This document shows, piece after piece, positions 23,666-37,529 of a stretch of DNA of 64,000 nt; the first letter of the stretch is position 1; the number at the start of each line of letters is the position of its first letter. Origin of the DNA: Tubiluchus corallicola (taxonomy: Eukaryota; Animalia; Priapulida); NCBI GenBank assembly GCA_030141605.1, contig JAQGDQ010000366.1:56618-120617 (forward strand). Direction: 5' to 3'. The notes under the pieces were generated by a model that did not search any database, was not told the DNA's origin, and worked only from the letters and a program-made list of their open reading frames with translations. A program made the translations under genes and the position numbers.

Positions 23666-24859
23666 ATTTGTTTAATACGTTGTAAATGCTTTTAGAAATT
23701 TAAACATATCCCTACAAATAGAGGGAATGTATTCTGTACATAGTTTTTAAAAATAAAGAATTATAATAAAATACTTTGCGTATTTTTCCAACTCGTGTTT
23801 GTCGTTACTGTTCATACCGAAGCTCAACATGTCACTGTCTCTCAGTCTCATATTCTAATCTGTAGGTATATGTTTGACGTCATCGTTAATAACAATGTCC
23901 ATCATTCTTTCCTGTCACAGTTATTGGATCTACCAATTAATCCTATTTCGTCAGCGTTTGAGAATGAGACGCTCACATCAGCATCCCCGATCTCATCTTG
24001 CACTAATCTTGGAGGAAATGTCTTTTGTCGCTTTGTTGTCGGCTCTTATTGCCGGCTTCCTATTCACGTCATCCCAATCATGGCTTCATTATGCGACAAC
24101 TTTAGTTGTGCGATTGCTTGTTTCTGGTATGCGACTGTTTGGTGGCTCATTATGAGCGTGCAATGTAGATGATACTGCTCTCGAGGGTTCTGGCTAATAT
24201 TACCTGTTCTGCAAATGAGTTATAAACTGTGGCTTCGTATTGATTCGCCTCTCCTGCATGAGTGCTCATCACGTATCTATGTTTTAATTCGAACGTGTGC
24301 GTGCGTACGTGCGCATGCATGCACGCACGCGTATTGATCCCACGCGGGCAACTGTAATACGGTGAAGGTATTCTCCCGTGCTTTTGTGTCGGTAGAAAAA
24401 TATCCATTTGTCCGATAATTATACCTGCGCTTTAATTGGGCGGCAGATTATTACGCGGGACGCTGTCAATATAGCTATTGATTAATAATGCAAGCAACGG
24501 CAGTACGAATCATAAGCTCAATTTACACTTGATTGTGTCAGGTTTAGTTGAACGGAAAAACAAGCCCTTGATTAACTATCGCATGACCCGATGAAATATC
24601 TGATACTACCAACTTAACGCTGCATGATATTGTCTCTTTATCGTTAATGAGTAGAATAATTTTTTTTAGTAAACGAAACAAATAAATATAGAATAACGAT
24701 AATAATATTGACGGAGCCCAAAAAGTAGATATCATTGCACCATACAGAGTCATGTAGTTACTTATAAATCCTGCTTAAAAACAGTCCTCCTCTCATATGG
24801 TAATAGAAAATCCAAGAAAATGCACAGTGTAGTAGTGTAGTGTGTACCCAAAACGAAGC

Positions 24860-25230
24860 CTTCGTGTACAGCAGTGAAATTCGGGGCTTAAATGCAACTC
24901 AGGAAGCAGAAATGAATGTATTTCACAGAGGCCTACTCAGAAAAATCTTAAAAATAAAATGGCCGTATATTATTTCAAATGAGCAGCTGTATAACAGAAC
25001 CAGAGGAGAACATTGGAGCACAAAAATCAGAATCAGAAAGCTAAGATGGGTAGGACATCTAGTGAGATTGTCAGAAACAACGCCAGTAAGATAAGAATCA
25101 AACAGAACGAAAGAAGAACATTGGGGCACAAAAATCAGATTCAGAAGATTAAGATGAGTAGGACATTTAATGAGATTGTCAGAAACAATACCAGTAAGAT
25201 TAGCATTAAACATTACCAAACACAACGATG
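24860..25230 (+). mobile_element. RTE-clade LINE ORF2 C-terminal fragment with internal ~115 bp duplication
   Basis: YSSEI...FHRGLLRKILKIKWPYIISNEQLY...KIRIRKLRWVGHLVRL motif typical of the post-RT region of RTE elements. Confidence 0.8.
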
Positions 25231-27701
25231 CCATGTTTTAGAACATAAAATCATCTAAACGATGACAATTTTCAAGAGTTTTTTTATTTTGAACTAATGA
25301 TGTAAGTTTGATTTGTTAGCTATCCGGAAGTTTTGCTGTTCAGTCAATCACGCCGCGGAATTTCTTTACTATTTTTCATATTACTGATTTTATTCACAAT
25401 ATAAATTAATTTATACTTCTGCTTAGTTAGCATAGAGTGTTTTTAAACAAACTGACAAGATGAGGTCAACTAATCATTGAAACGAAGCTTCTAAACTCTG
25501 GAAATTAGAAAACTAAGATTCTGGACCCAGAACGCCCCCTTGCCTGCACCATCGTTTTCTGATGCAACAAATTTCTCAAGCAGGTCATTTTTAGTTAGTT
25601 AGTTTTTTTAGTTTATTATTATCACATTCAGTACAATATAATGACATTAAACACACAGTGACATCAAAATTGTTACTTCATACTGTATTAAATTGTTATG
25701 TGCCATACACTATCGTTATCATGAAAGAATAATTGTACTGCAGTGGGCTAGAGAAGCAAAGGCTTGTATAAGCCCACTGTCATGTGAACCCGATAAAAAA
25801 AGAATGGATGAGTGAACAAAAAAAGAACTGGGAGAAAGGCTAGATCACACAGGAAGGGTAGAAGGATGTGTTAGTGGAAATGGTAGGAAGAAAGATAATA
25901 GATTGTGCTGTGTTGACATCAGCTCTAAAGATTTATCAATGATGCCTTGATTTGCATAATCTGTACCAGGATTGTGGTATGACTGCTGCAGCAGGTGTAG
26001 GATATTAGGATCCCTATGTGGCGTCATCGAACCCACATAGGATATTTCAGCTTAACTACTGCATCTGACTTGTGTGGTGGATGAAATTGAGACGTATAGC
26101 TCTGCTTCTAGTATACATCTCATTAATTTGCTGGCACCTTTGCTGACCATGTGAAAAGAATTATTGTCATCTCTTGTAACGATCGCTTTGTAATGAAGCT
26201 GGTTGCTGTAATGAATGTGTGTGAATCATTCAGAAATGCAAGGTGCATGATTTCTTTTGTTGCAAATGACGTCAAGCATGTTGGTCTGTCGCTCCACCTC
26301 TTTTGTGACGTAAGCACGCAGATGTTTGTTTGACCACAAAATATTTTACTATTTTTGCAATCTGATGACACAAACTAAAAAGGAGGTTCAATTTGGCAAC
26401 GATAATGGTACGGTAGGGTAAGACCCCTACTATATATATCACCAATTAACTAGTGCTGGATCGCTCATTTACTATCTGTAATAACGTGAGAAATAATGGG
26501 CAATTTTTTACGCCAAAATGGCCAAAATCCGAAAAAAATCAAAATGGCGGCTTTTCTCAGAAACAGCTCGTTTCTGAAATCTAATATTTTGGCTGTGGGG
26601 TACATCTGAGGGGACCATCAAACCCTGTGAATATGAACAAAATCGGTGATTTGTCACCTTCCACTATTTTGCTGATTTTCTCACGGAATGACTCTTAATC
26701 ACTAAACAATCAACTTACATCTATAATCGGCTAAATTTCAATTATAATATGATCTCTCGGGCCACTGGACAGTCAAATTTGCTTTTTACTTCCTACTGGA
26801 AAATCTAATTCTGGTACAAGACGGTTCATCGGCAAGCAAACATTACAGTCAAATGCGATCAAAACCAAATTAAATAAAATTACAAAATTTGAAGTATCTA
26901 AAAAAGAAACTCAGGGAATTACTTGTAAATAGTCGTTAGTTACAATGTATTTTATTACAACAACTTTAACTGTAAGCAAGTTTTATAAGCATACTTTTAT
27001 GTAGTATTTATGTAATATTAAAATAAATATCGAGACATCAGCTTAACGTTGAACAACAACTCTCTTTGGTAAAAAACATGACACCTAGTTTAGTCAGCAG
27101 ATAAACTCATTGTGCTTTTTCATGCACAAAAATCTACAAAAGATTGTGTTCATAGACATAGTCATAGACATAGACATTTTATTTATCTCCTCATTTACAC
27201 CAGAATACAAGTTAACTATTATTGTTATAGTTATTAATTAAAAAGGATAAATTATGCATGAAGGAAAGAGTTATGCCGTGCAGGAGAAAGGATAGCGAAA
27301 GACCAATTGGTCATCAAGTCAGCTACCTTAAAAACACTTCCTTAGAAAAAACTTTTCTAAAAAAACTGTTCCTTAGTTTGTTTCGCGAAACTGTGAATTG
27401 GTGGTGTTTTGAATTAATAAAACTTATTATTAATAAGTTGACATTACAGAAAAGCAAAAACACGTGGCGATCTTGTTAACTTTCACCGAGTAAACAAAAT
27501 ACGTGCTCAATTCTGATTGGCTGACCTACCAAATGTGGTTAACGAAAGAAAGTTTTATTGGTAAACCTAAGTGTATTATTGTTGTGGAGATCCACTTGAA
27601 TTAAATAGAATATTGTAGAATGTTCTATAGTATAGTAGAACAATCGTCTTACCTTGTAGAAGTTTCGAGAACTTTCTATTTCTATGATATATAAGGCCGC
27701 T

Positions 27702-27702
27702 G

Positions 27703-27785
<83 letters not shown>

Positions 27786-27798
27786 GTAAGTAAGTAAG
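27702..27798. repeat. (AAGT)n microsatellite
   Basis: About 23 copies. Confidence 0.95.
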
Positions 27799-28279
27799 TT
27801 TATTCTCTCACATTCTCTTGTATTCTCAGATACGCTTTCACGTTTCCAGATTATCGCATTCACTGTACACATTTCGCGTTGCTGTATACTTGAAAATGGG
27901 ATAGTACAGCATATGAAAAATCATCCTGTCTTCCTTTAAACACTAATGATTATGCTTAGTGTGACATGTGAATGCCATTTGTTTATCGTCGGTTATAAAC
28001 CATACCCTAAAACATTTCTGTTGCGTCTTCCGAAAGCAGCCATGTGGTCAAATTTCTTTCAATGCTTGACAAGGTTGATAAATATCACTCTCGAATACCG
28101 ATTTCTCTACCGGGTACCTTACTTTTGCGAACTTATAGGTTGTATTATGTTTACCTGTAATAGAGCTCACGACCTAACCCTGTTTTAATAACTAGTGAAT
28201 AGACGTAGCCACTATGATCACTGAATAGAGTGCAAAACAGACTGTGTGAGTCAGTAATGGCAAAGAATTACAAATGGAT

Positions 28280-29330
28280 AACATCTGTCTAAGAATCTAG
28301 GATGTGTACAAAGGTTATGACATAGTTTCATTTAGACTGTCTAAGATTCTAGTATATGTACAACGCTTCCGACATAGTTTCCTTTAGACTGAATCTGTCT
28401 TAGATTCTAGGATGTGTACAAAGTTTCCGACATAGCTTCATTTATACTGAATCTGTCTAAGATTCTAGAATGTGTACAAAGGTTATGACATAGTTTCTTT
28501 TAGACTGATTCTGTCTAAGATTCTAGGATGTGCACAAAGCTTCCGACATAGTTTCATTTAGACTGAACCTGTCTAAGATTCTAGGATGTGTACAAAGCTT
28601 CTGACATAGTTTCATTTAGACTGAATCTGTCTAAGATTCTAGAATGTGTACAAAGCTTCCGACTTAGCTTCATTTAGAATGAATCTGTCTAAGATTCTAG
28701 AATGTGTACAAAGGTTATGACATAGTTTCATATAGACTGAATCTGTCTAATATTCTAGGATGTGTGCAAAGGTTATGACACAGTTTCATTTAGACTGAAT
28801 CTGTCTAAGATTCTAGGATGTGTACAAAGGTTATGACATAGTTTCATTTAGACTGAATCTGTCTAAGATTCTAGAATGTGTACAAAGCTTCCCACGTGGT
28901 TTCATTTAGACTGAATCTGTCTAAGATTCTAGGATGTGTACAAAGGTTATGACATAGTTTCATATAGACTGAATCTGTCTAAGATTCTAGGATGTGTGCA
29001 AAGGTTATGACATAGTTTCATATAGACTGAATCTGTCTAAGATTCTAGGGTGTGTACAAAGCTTCCGACATAGTTTCATTTAGACTGAATCTGTCTAAGA
29101 TTCTAGGATGTGTACAAAGGTTATGACATAGTTTCATATAGACTGAATCTGTCTAAGATTCTAGGATGTGTGCAAAGGTTATGACACAGTTTCATATAGA
29201 CTGAATCTGTCTAAGATTCTAGGGTGTGTACAAAGCTTCCGACATAGTTTCATTTAGACTGAATCTGTCTAAGATTCTAGGATGTGTACAAAGGTTATGA
29301 TATAGTTTCATTTAGACTGAATCTAAGATT
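28280..29330. repeat. Minisatellite, 58 bp unit, ~18 copies, internal hairpin
   Basis: Unit tttagactgaatctgtctaagattctaggatgtgtacaaaggttatgacatagtttca (ttagac...gtctaa stem). Confidence 0.95.
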
Positions 29331-29965
29331 GCTACCTTGAAAGCTAGAAATTTTCCTGTACATTTTACGTAATTGAGCGTTTTCTACAGGTTTTATGAAA
29401 CAATTTTTTTCCATTTACGTTCGTAATTTAACTTTCTTGTGTTGTGAGTTGGCCACCTGTTTGACTACAAACCTTTTGCTGTACCGTAGTTTTCTTCCGC
29501 ACCCAAAATGCCCACATTTTCAAGACCCGGTTCGCCGAATTCTTTTCAACGATCGGTTTATTTCGTGTCTGTGTGAATACTGCTTAACATCTGTCTACGT
29601 TGTATTTACATTGTTTAAACATTTCCACTTTGAATGTAACTACCTAGGTAACGGATCTAACTGTGCTTGCAATGTTTGTCTACAGGTTTTTCAATTTGCT
29701 TCATATTTGTGTTTCATTGTGACATAGTGAATGCGCCGCGTAACCACGACAAACATTCGATACACGAACGAGTGTTCAAACATTTCCCCCAGTGGAAAAT
29801 TGAATGAATCCAGCGAAATTTAGTTACGATTGATTGTCTGTGATTGTCTTGGCCACTGATTGCTTTGGCATTGATTGTTGAGTCCGTCAATCAGTCAGTT
29901 AGTCATTGCTTTGGTGTGTGCTTTCAGTTTCTTTTTGACTGTAAGCGTTTCACAGTTCCAATGAT

Positions 29966-30860
29966 TGATGATGATCGTGAAAAGGTCAAAGGCTAAGTGT
30001 ACCATACCAGATAACGCATTTGTGTACACTTGACAATGCCTCACAGCCCATCCTATTGTAATAGTAACCGTTTAACAGCTAGCTAGAACCTTACGACCTT
30101 CACCTAGTTCATTTTTTCTTGTTCCCAAGCAGGATTCTCTTAGTAAGTCACTCTGCACACAGAGAAATGCAAAGTTAAGTAAAGTCCATGTAAAACATAT
30201 ATAACTTTAGTTCTACCACACGATATAAAACTTTAGTTCTACCACACTTCTTATATGGATGTACGCTACTTCAAAAAACCAAAAGAGAAAATTACTTAAA
30301 ATTAACTCTCCTTCAAAACTATGCGTTGAGATTGATAGCTGGGTACTCATACAAACATAAGGCAGGTAGACAAAAATTCAAAGCTTCAACAACTAACCTG
30401 AGAAAACCTTTAAAATTCCCAATCATTGAAGCACACAAAGAATATTTTACTCTGCTTTTTATATTTAAACACATTAACAACATCAGCAAACCATTCCAGA
30501 ATAACAGATTTACCTTTTTTCCAAATCCTATCGTTAATTCCAGAACAAGTAATTTAAAACAAATTAGAACAAATACCCACTATGGAACGAACTCTGTAAT
30601 CAAACAAGCAATTCTACTTTGAACTAACACTGATTGATTATCTCTGTAAAGTTTTTATCTGTGATTATCAATGTTTTTAATGGCAAATAAAGATTATTAT
30701 ATATATAACAACTGAAGTTACTGAACTGATATGGTAGACGGCTTTGCTTTACACAGCCATCGCATAATGGATGTAGTTAAGACGCCCTGCTGTGGTACAC
30801 TTAATCTTTGACCTACAGCAACTGCGCGTGCGAAAAACAAAACTGTGAAAAAGCTTGTTT
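29966..30860 (+). mobile_element. MITE-like element (gatgatcgtgaaaaggtcaaagg...ctttgacctacagcaactg) interrupted by an L2-like LINE fragment; other copies ~47733-48080, ~53903-54213
   Basis: Inverted motif aggtcaaaggttaagtgtacca / tggtacacttaacctttgacct; three homologous copies. Confidence 0.7.
30195..30708 (+). mobile_element. L2/CR1-like LINE 3' fragment
   Basis: LLYGC...LQNYALRLIAG...RTNTHYGTNSV pattern, aataaa and short AT tail; sits inside the MITE above. Confidence 0.6.
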
Positions 30861-31503
30861 TTATATAGGGCTAATATTTACTGTATTGATAGCGTGGACA
30901 AACAATATGAAAATGTGACGTCATCATGATACAGTTCAACAAGCTATTTGAATGACATTGACATATAAAATATTCTATTATACTGATTAGCTATTCGAAT
31001 TTGTATTATGTATATTACATGTGTAAAAGTTATTTAGCGCAGAAGAAAGCACTCTCCATAAATTGAGTTTAAAAGTTTAGTCTTGAAACTTTATGCCACT
31101 TATATGTTGTCTTATTGCATGCAGGGCTAGCATTAGCAGTAACGTTGTATAAAACTTGTAAATTTAAACTCCTACGATGGCCATTAGGCGCATCCATTTT
31201 GACAGTTAGATAACACTGCGTAAAGTTTGTAAAAATAATCAGCAGTAAGATCGATAACGTTTTTGTTGGTGAGTTAGTGGTGCACACTGGGATGGCGGTG
31301 CAGTTGACGTCAGGCATATAGATCTGTCGCTCCGCCTCCGGGGTGACGTAAGCTCGCCCGAGCAGCATTCAGGACATCAGTTCCTTGCTGAATAACAGCT
31401 CCCTCTAGTAAACAACATGACAACTAATGTCTAATGAGCATTTAAACTGATTATGCTCTGTCTAGTTTGCAATGTCATAAATTAAACTAAATCGTGTACT
31501 TTC

Positions 31504-31842
31504 CAGTCGTGGCCAAAAGTTTAAGCCCACCTGTGATTACGACGTGAATTTTGAGCTTTTTTGGTATTCAATACCATATATTTAGCCCACCTGTGTTTAA
31601 GACGTGAATTTTGAGCTTTTTTGGTATTCAATACCATATATTTTCGCTCAGTGCGTCATCATCTCGTAAGTCCTGCGCATGCGCAACACAAACATGTATT
31701 TGCAATTTTCAATTGCCTTCCTAACGAACCATCGTGTGTACGAATCGGTCCACCATGAGGGAAAATATATGGTATTGAATACCAAAAAAGCTCAAAATTC
31801 ATGTCGTAATCACAGGTGGGCTTAAACTTTTGGCCACGACTG
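31504..31842. mobile_element. Tc1-like MITE, long TIRs starting CAGTCGTGGCCAAAAGTTT
   Basis: ~75 bp inverted termini, right end gactg|ta; second copy at ~50965-51221. Confidence 0.85.
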
Positions 31843-32795
31843 TATTTATAACAAAATCAGTAATTCACATGCGTAAGCGTTGTACATTTCATCCTATAAA
31901 AACGAAATTAGACTATATATCGACTAATTCACCTGCATTTCAATCAACAATGCAGACAATCGACAATTTGCAATAAAATTTAAAACCAGGCTGGTTTCTG
32001 TCCCGCGAACTGATGAAAAATTGAGCATTTCTCATAACTGTATAACGTATACAAGCAGTACATAATTGCAGTTTATGTCCCCGATTGTCCCGAAGACGAG
32101 GCAACGAACCGGTTTTTTGTGGGCGTGTGAAAAATCTTCACGCTGATTGGGATGTCAGCAGAGCTTGACTGAGAATGACTGACGTTTTGCCATAACTTTG
32201 TATGGGAAATCGTTTAGGATCTACTTTTAGACTCCCTATTCTTTCTATTTAAATTAAAGCGGTTTGCAAGCAAAATGGGTGATAACATTTTTTTAATTCA
32301 AATTTATGCAGCAAACCAAAATCTGAAAATAATGACGTTGTATTAGTTAATGAAGAGTGCGCTACGCATGCTCAATCATTTTTCGAACTTTACGCAATGT
32401 TATCTAAACGATCTGAAAATAATGACGTTGCATTAGTTAATGAAGAGTGCGCTACGCATGCGCTAATTATTTTTTCGAACTTTACGCAATGTTATCTAAA
32501 CTTGTTTCAAACGACTCACTGTTAAAAAAGGCTGTGTATAGCTGTCATCGCGGGAGTTTAAATTTACATGTTTTATACAGCGTTACTGCTAACGCAAGCT
32601 CTGTGCACAATAAGATGGCATGTAAATAAGATGGCATGAATTTTTCAGCTTTATATAAGTAAAGGGTTTTCTTATCCTTTAGTAGAAAAATAGAACAGCA
32701 TGGATATCTGGGTAATTTCCTGTTGAACCACATCCTTTGATCTTACTTTACAGATTTTCCTTTTATTTTCTTAATTTTATTTTCTTTTTTAACAG

Positions 32796-32965
32796 GAGGC
32801 CCCGGTTCCAGAAAAGGGAGGATAATCGACGACTTGGTCAACACGTATGGCTTCATCTTGCTGAGCGCTGAGGAGTTGATACTGAATGGTCTACCTGAGT
32901 CTGTCAATGAGGATGAAGGTCAGATGCCACTGGACACCACACTAGCCGTGCAGAAAGTGCTCAGA
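32796..32965 (+). CDS. Adenylate kinase-like protein, exon 2 (P-loop region)
   Basis: Polypyrimidine tract + aacag acceptor, phase 1; (G)GPGSRKGRIIDDLVNTYGFILLSAEELI...QKVLR; donor gtaag. Resembles AK1/UMP-CMP kinase GGPGSGKGT...YG. Confidence 0.9.
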
Positions 32966-33864
32966 GTAAGAAGTCGTTTGGTTTTTATGAAGCCAGACGG
33001 TCGTGACCTGCTGTGTGTCTATTAAAGGAAGACCGGACGATTATTTAGACTCTCTCATTTTAATTTACTGTCCAAAACATACACTTTCCTGCCTATAAAG
33101 GTCAACATTTGTTTCTAACATTCTAATAATTACCTTGGAAAGTTAATTCATGGTAACCCGAACGCAGCTATCGCTTACGTCACAAATTAGCCACTGTTTC
33201 TGCAATGGTAGGTATCTTCCCTTGCACGTCAAGCACTTTTGCACGAGTGTTACTTCTTAAACGCGTGATGTCACGAAAATCGGCTCTACGTCATATGACG
33301 TCAGAAACATGCACAGCCGTTCATGATCATGGTTATTTGTCGGCCAGGCGAATGTGACAAAAAGGCACCGCTGCCAATTTTAGCAGATTCACTGAGCCGC
33401 GCGTAGCTTTGAAAGTTTAACAAAATTTGAGTATCCGAAGTAATTATTATTTAATCTAAGCTTTGAATTTAAAATAACATTCTAATAATTACCTTGGAAA
33501 GTTAATTAATGGTAACCCGAACGCAGCTATCACTTACATCACAAATTAGCCACTGTTTCTGCAATGGTAGGCGTCTTCCCTGTGCATCAAGCACATTTGC
33601 ATTATCAAAAATTGCTATAAGACACTGATGTGGTGTCACGAAAATGAGCTTTGCATCGTATGGTATGGGCTAACGGTCCTCGTGGAAGTTTAAATTTTCA
33701 TATTTTGTGCAGCGTTAGTGCTATTGATACTACTCAAGCTCTGTACGCAATAAGGCGGTATTTAGCTTTGTGTAAGTATAAGGGTTTTTGTCCTTTAAGG
33801 AAATAGAGCCTTTTGTGCTTCAAGCTTTTTAATTAACATATCTCAAAACTGTCAGCCGTAAAAT

Positions 33865-35485
33865 GTGGCTACACTTATACGGCTACACTTTGTTTTGCTA
33901 CACTCATTTACACAAAAGCAATTATGTGGCTACACTCTGTTTTGTTACACTCATTTACACAAAAGCAATTATGTGGCTACACTCTGTTTTGTTACACTCA
34001 TTTACACAAAAGCAATTATACGGCTACACTCTGTTTTGTTACACTCATTTACACAAAAGCAATTATACGGCTTCACTCTGTTTTGTTACACTCATTTACA
34101 CAAAAGCAATTATACGGCTACACTCTGTTTTGCTACACTCATTTATACAAAAGCAATTATACGGCTTCACTCTGTTTTGCTACACTCATTTACACAAAAG
34201 CAATTATACAGCTACACTCTGTTTTGTTACACTCATTTACACAAGAGCAATTATACGGCTACACTCTGTTTTGTTACACTCATTTACACAAGAGCAATTA
34301 TACGGCTACACTCTGTTTTGCTACACTCATTTACACAAAAGCAATTATACGGCTACACTCTGTTTTGTTACACTCATTTACACAAGAGCAATTATACGGC
34401 TACACTCTGTTTTGTTACACTCATTTACACAAAAGCAATTATACGGCTACACTCTGTTTTGTTACACTCATTTACACAAGAGCAATTATACAGCTACACT
34501 TTGTTTTGCTACACTCATTTACACAAAAGCAATTATACGGCTTCACTCTGTTTTGTTACACTCATTTACACAAGAGCAATTATACGGCTACACTCTGTTT
34601 TGCTACACTCATTTACACAAAAGCAATTATACGGCTTCACTCTGTTTTGTTACACTCATTTACACAAGAGCAATTATACAGCTACACTCTGTTTTGTTAC
34701 ACTCATTTACACAAAAGCAATTATACGGCTTCACTCTGTTTTGTTACACTCATTTACACAAAAGCAATTATACGGCTACACTTTGTTTTGCTACACTCAT
34801 TTACACAAAAGCAATTATACGGCTTCACTCTGTTTTGTTACACTCATTTACACAAAAGCAATTATACGGCTACACTCTGTTTTGTTACACTCATTTACAC
34901 AAAAGCAATTATACGGCTACACTCTGTTTTGTTACACTCATTTACACAAAAGCAATTATACGGCTACACTCTGTTTTGCTACACTCATTTACACAAATGC
35001 AATTATACGGCTACACTTTGTTTTGTTACACTCATTTACACAAAAGCAATTATACGGCTACACTCTGTTTTGTTACACTCATTTACACAAAAGCAATTAT
35101 ACGGCTACACTCTGTTTTGTTACACTCATTTACACAAGAGCAATTATACGGCTTCACTCTGTTTTGTTACACTCATTTACACAAGAGCAATTATACGGCT
35201 ACACTCTGTTTTGTTACACTCATTTACACAAAAGCAATTATACGGCTTCACTCTGTTTTGTTACACTCATTTACACAAGAGTAATTATACGGCTTCACTC
35301 TGTTTTGTTACACTCATTTACACAAGAGCAATTATACGGCTTCACTCTGTTTTGTTACACTCATTTACACAAGAGCAATTATACGGCTACACTTTGTTTT
35401 GTTACACTCATTTACACAAAAGCAATTATACGGCTACACTTTGTTTTGTTACACTCATTTACACAAAAGCAATTATACGGCTTCA
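33865..35485. repeat. Minisatellite, 47 bp unit, ~34 copies
   Basis: Unit ggctacactctgttttgttacactcatttacacaaaagcaattatac; explains three overlapping 47-aa-periodic ORFs. Confidence 0.97.
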
Positions 35486-36675
35486 TTTCTATTAGAAATT
35501 CACTGCAGTTAGTAATGGCATGCATTGTCGTTAAATTTGTTGGCATTTCTAAAGGTGCGAGCCATCACAATGCCGCTGCCGATATTTTAAATGCACCTTT
35601 TATCAGAAACAAGGTAGGCGTGATGAAGGCACTGCTGCATTGCTGCGTCTGCATTATTTATAATGATGCACTTTATGGCTTTGTCGATTGCGAGCTTTCG
35701 TACCTTTGAATTTGTTGTTCTCCGGCTTCTGTGATCAGTTTTTGGCAACATTTAAACACAATGCAGTGTGATAGCTAGCAAGTAAGTAAGTTTATTAGTT
35801 TATCACCATTTTTAAAATAGCAAAATACATAACTAAGAGATTTATAAATCTGTATAACATACAATAATATTACAAAGTGCAAAAGTAATTATTGATTAGT
35901 GGTGAAAGGGTGGCGAAAGAACTATGAGTTATCGAGGTCAGCCACCCTCTCAGAATTGTTACTAATATAATTAATTAGTTAATGCGCATATACCAGGTAA
36001 TTAAAAATGATCTGATTTTGCATTTAAGACGAATGAAAATTGAATTATTATACGAATGCGTTAGTTTATAGTAAAATAATGTTCACTACTGGGAAAGAAG
36101 AGTCACACGTGACTATCTTTAAATAATAATTTAACCATTACGTATTTAAAATTAATATTATGAGAACCTAGAGCAATGAGGAGCACCTAGCATGCTTATT
36201 TGCCAGAATAGATAGCTAATGTCGATACAGACAACTATAGGTCACTTAAGATGGGTGCTGACACATGCTCTCACATGGGCTAAACCTTTCTTTATACCTT
36301 GTGACCTTGACTTTTGGCTTTTTGAACCAAAAACAAACAAAAAATGGATTCGCACTTTCCAGATCTTGCTCTGTTCCTATAGAAACTGGAAGATGGAGAC
36401 AGAGACCATGACATACGCTCGTATGTGACTGTGCATTAGATGGTCATGGTGCAGTTTAAGATGAAGAACACGCGCTATGTCATTGTCAAAAAACTGCATT
36501 TGTCAGATTCAAGGTTGTTTTTAACGAAATTAACAATGAATCTTTATTAAATATTTTCACTCACCAGGATACTAAGTTAGTCATCAATTTTGTGTCTTAG
36601 TGTTTCAAGTTATTTTAATTATTACATAATAAATTTGTTTATTGTTCTTGTTGGACTAATTTTCCTCTTTGTTAA

Positions 36676-37100
36676 AGGACAAGAAAAGGGGTACCTAAAG
36701 TAGGTTTCGGAAAAATTGCCTTTAAAATTATATTAGTTTACAGCCATTTTATACATATATCGCGCTCTTGCTAAAAGGAATTTTTGTTTGTTTTCATTTT
36801 CAATCTCCCACATTACTGTTCCAATGGCGCCATTACGTGACGTCACCTACGCAAACGTAAATCTGGGGAAGAAAATGAAATGTTAAATTATGTTGCAAAA
36901 AACTTGCCATGCAAAGTTAAATTACTTAGCATTTCGCTTATCTGCTGGAAAGATTTATGTAACTAGAAACAATAATTTAAAATGTTGTGCCAATTGGTAA
37001 ATGTCGCTGGCTCACCCTCCAGGGTGCACCACTCACTAACCAAGAAACGTATTTTTAATCTTACTGACAAGACACAGTAATTTAAAATTTTATTTAGTCA
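36676..37100 (+). mobile_element. 3'-truncated T2-like MITE
   Basis: ttaa|aggacaagaaaaggggtacctaaagtagg; first ~310 bp near-identical to the reverse of 12830-13137. Confidence 0.8.
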
Positions 37101-37318
37101 CATAATAAATTTGTTTATTGTTCTTGTTGGACTAATTTTCTCTATGTTTGGTTCTTGCCCTGTATAATTGTAACTGTTAGTCAATAAATCTTATCTAATC
37201 CAAGTTTTTCTCCCATGATTGCTGATTGTACATTCACCTATTTTGATTTTGTTGTACAGGTGCACAGCTAAGTAAGCTACCTGTGCATTACCATAAAAAT
37301 GATTCATTTCTTTCACAG

Positions 37319-37498
37319 GACAATCCACAGAAGCTGACACTGGACCACGGTCTCAAAGAGGTTGAGAATGCAATATCCGATGCTGGCGAAATGGATATGA
37401 TGTATATTGTAGATATCATGCCAAATCTACGATTCATGCTCATTGAGGACTTCTTTCTCAAGGAATGCGCAGACGAAATGGCGAAATTTGAGCAGAAG
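37319..37498 (+). CDS. Adenylate kinase-like protein, exon 3
   Basis: tttcacag acceptor, 180 nt, gtgag donor; DNPQKLTLDHGLKEVENAISDAGEMDMMYIVDIMPNLRFMLIEDFFLKECADEMAKFEQK (YIVDIMPN aligns with AK FLIDGYPR). Confidence 0.88.
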
Positions 37499-37529
37499 GT
37501 GAGTTTCGATCTGTGGTCTTGTGATTCAT

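Noticed and set aside
23795-24407. Cluster of 85-125 aa ORFs in the large intron
   Set aside because: No recognisable domain; non-ATG starts or competing frames.
33863-35709. Three overlapping 473-614 aa ORFs
   Set aside because: The 47-bp unit has no stop triplet on +, so all frames are open with identical 47-aa periodicity; intronic minisatellite.
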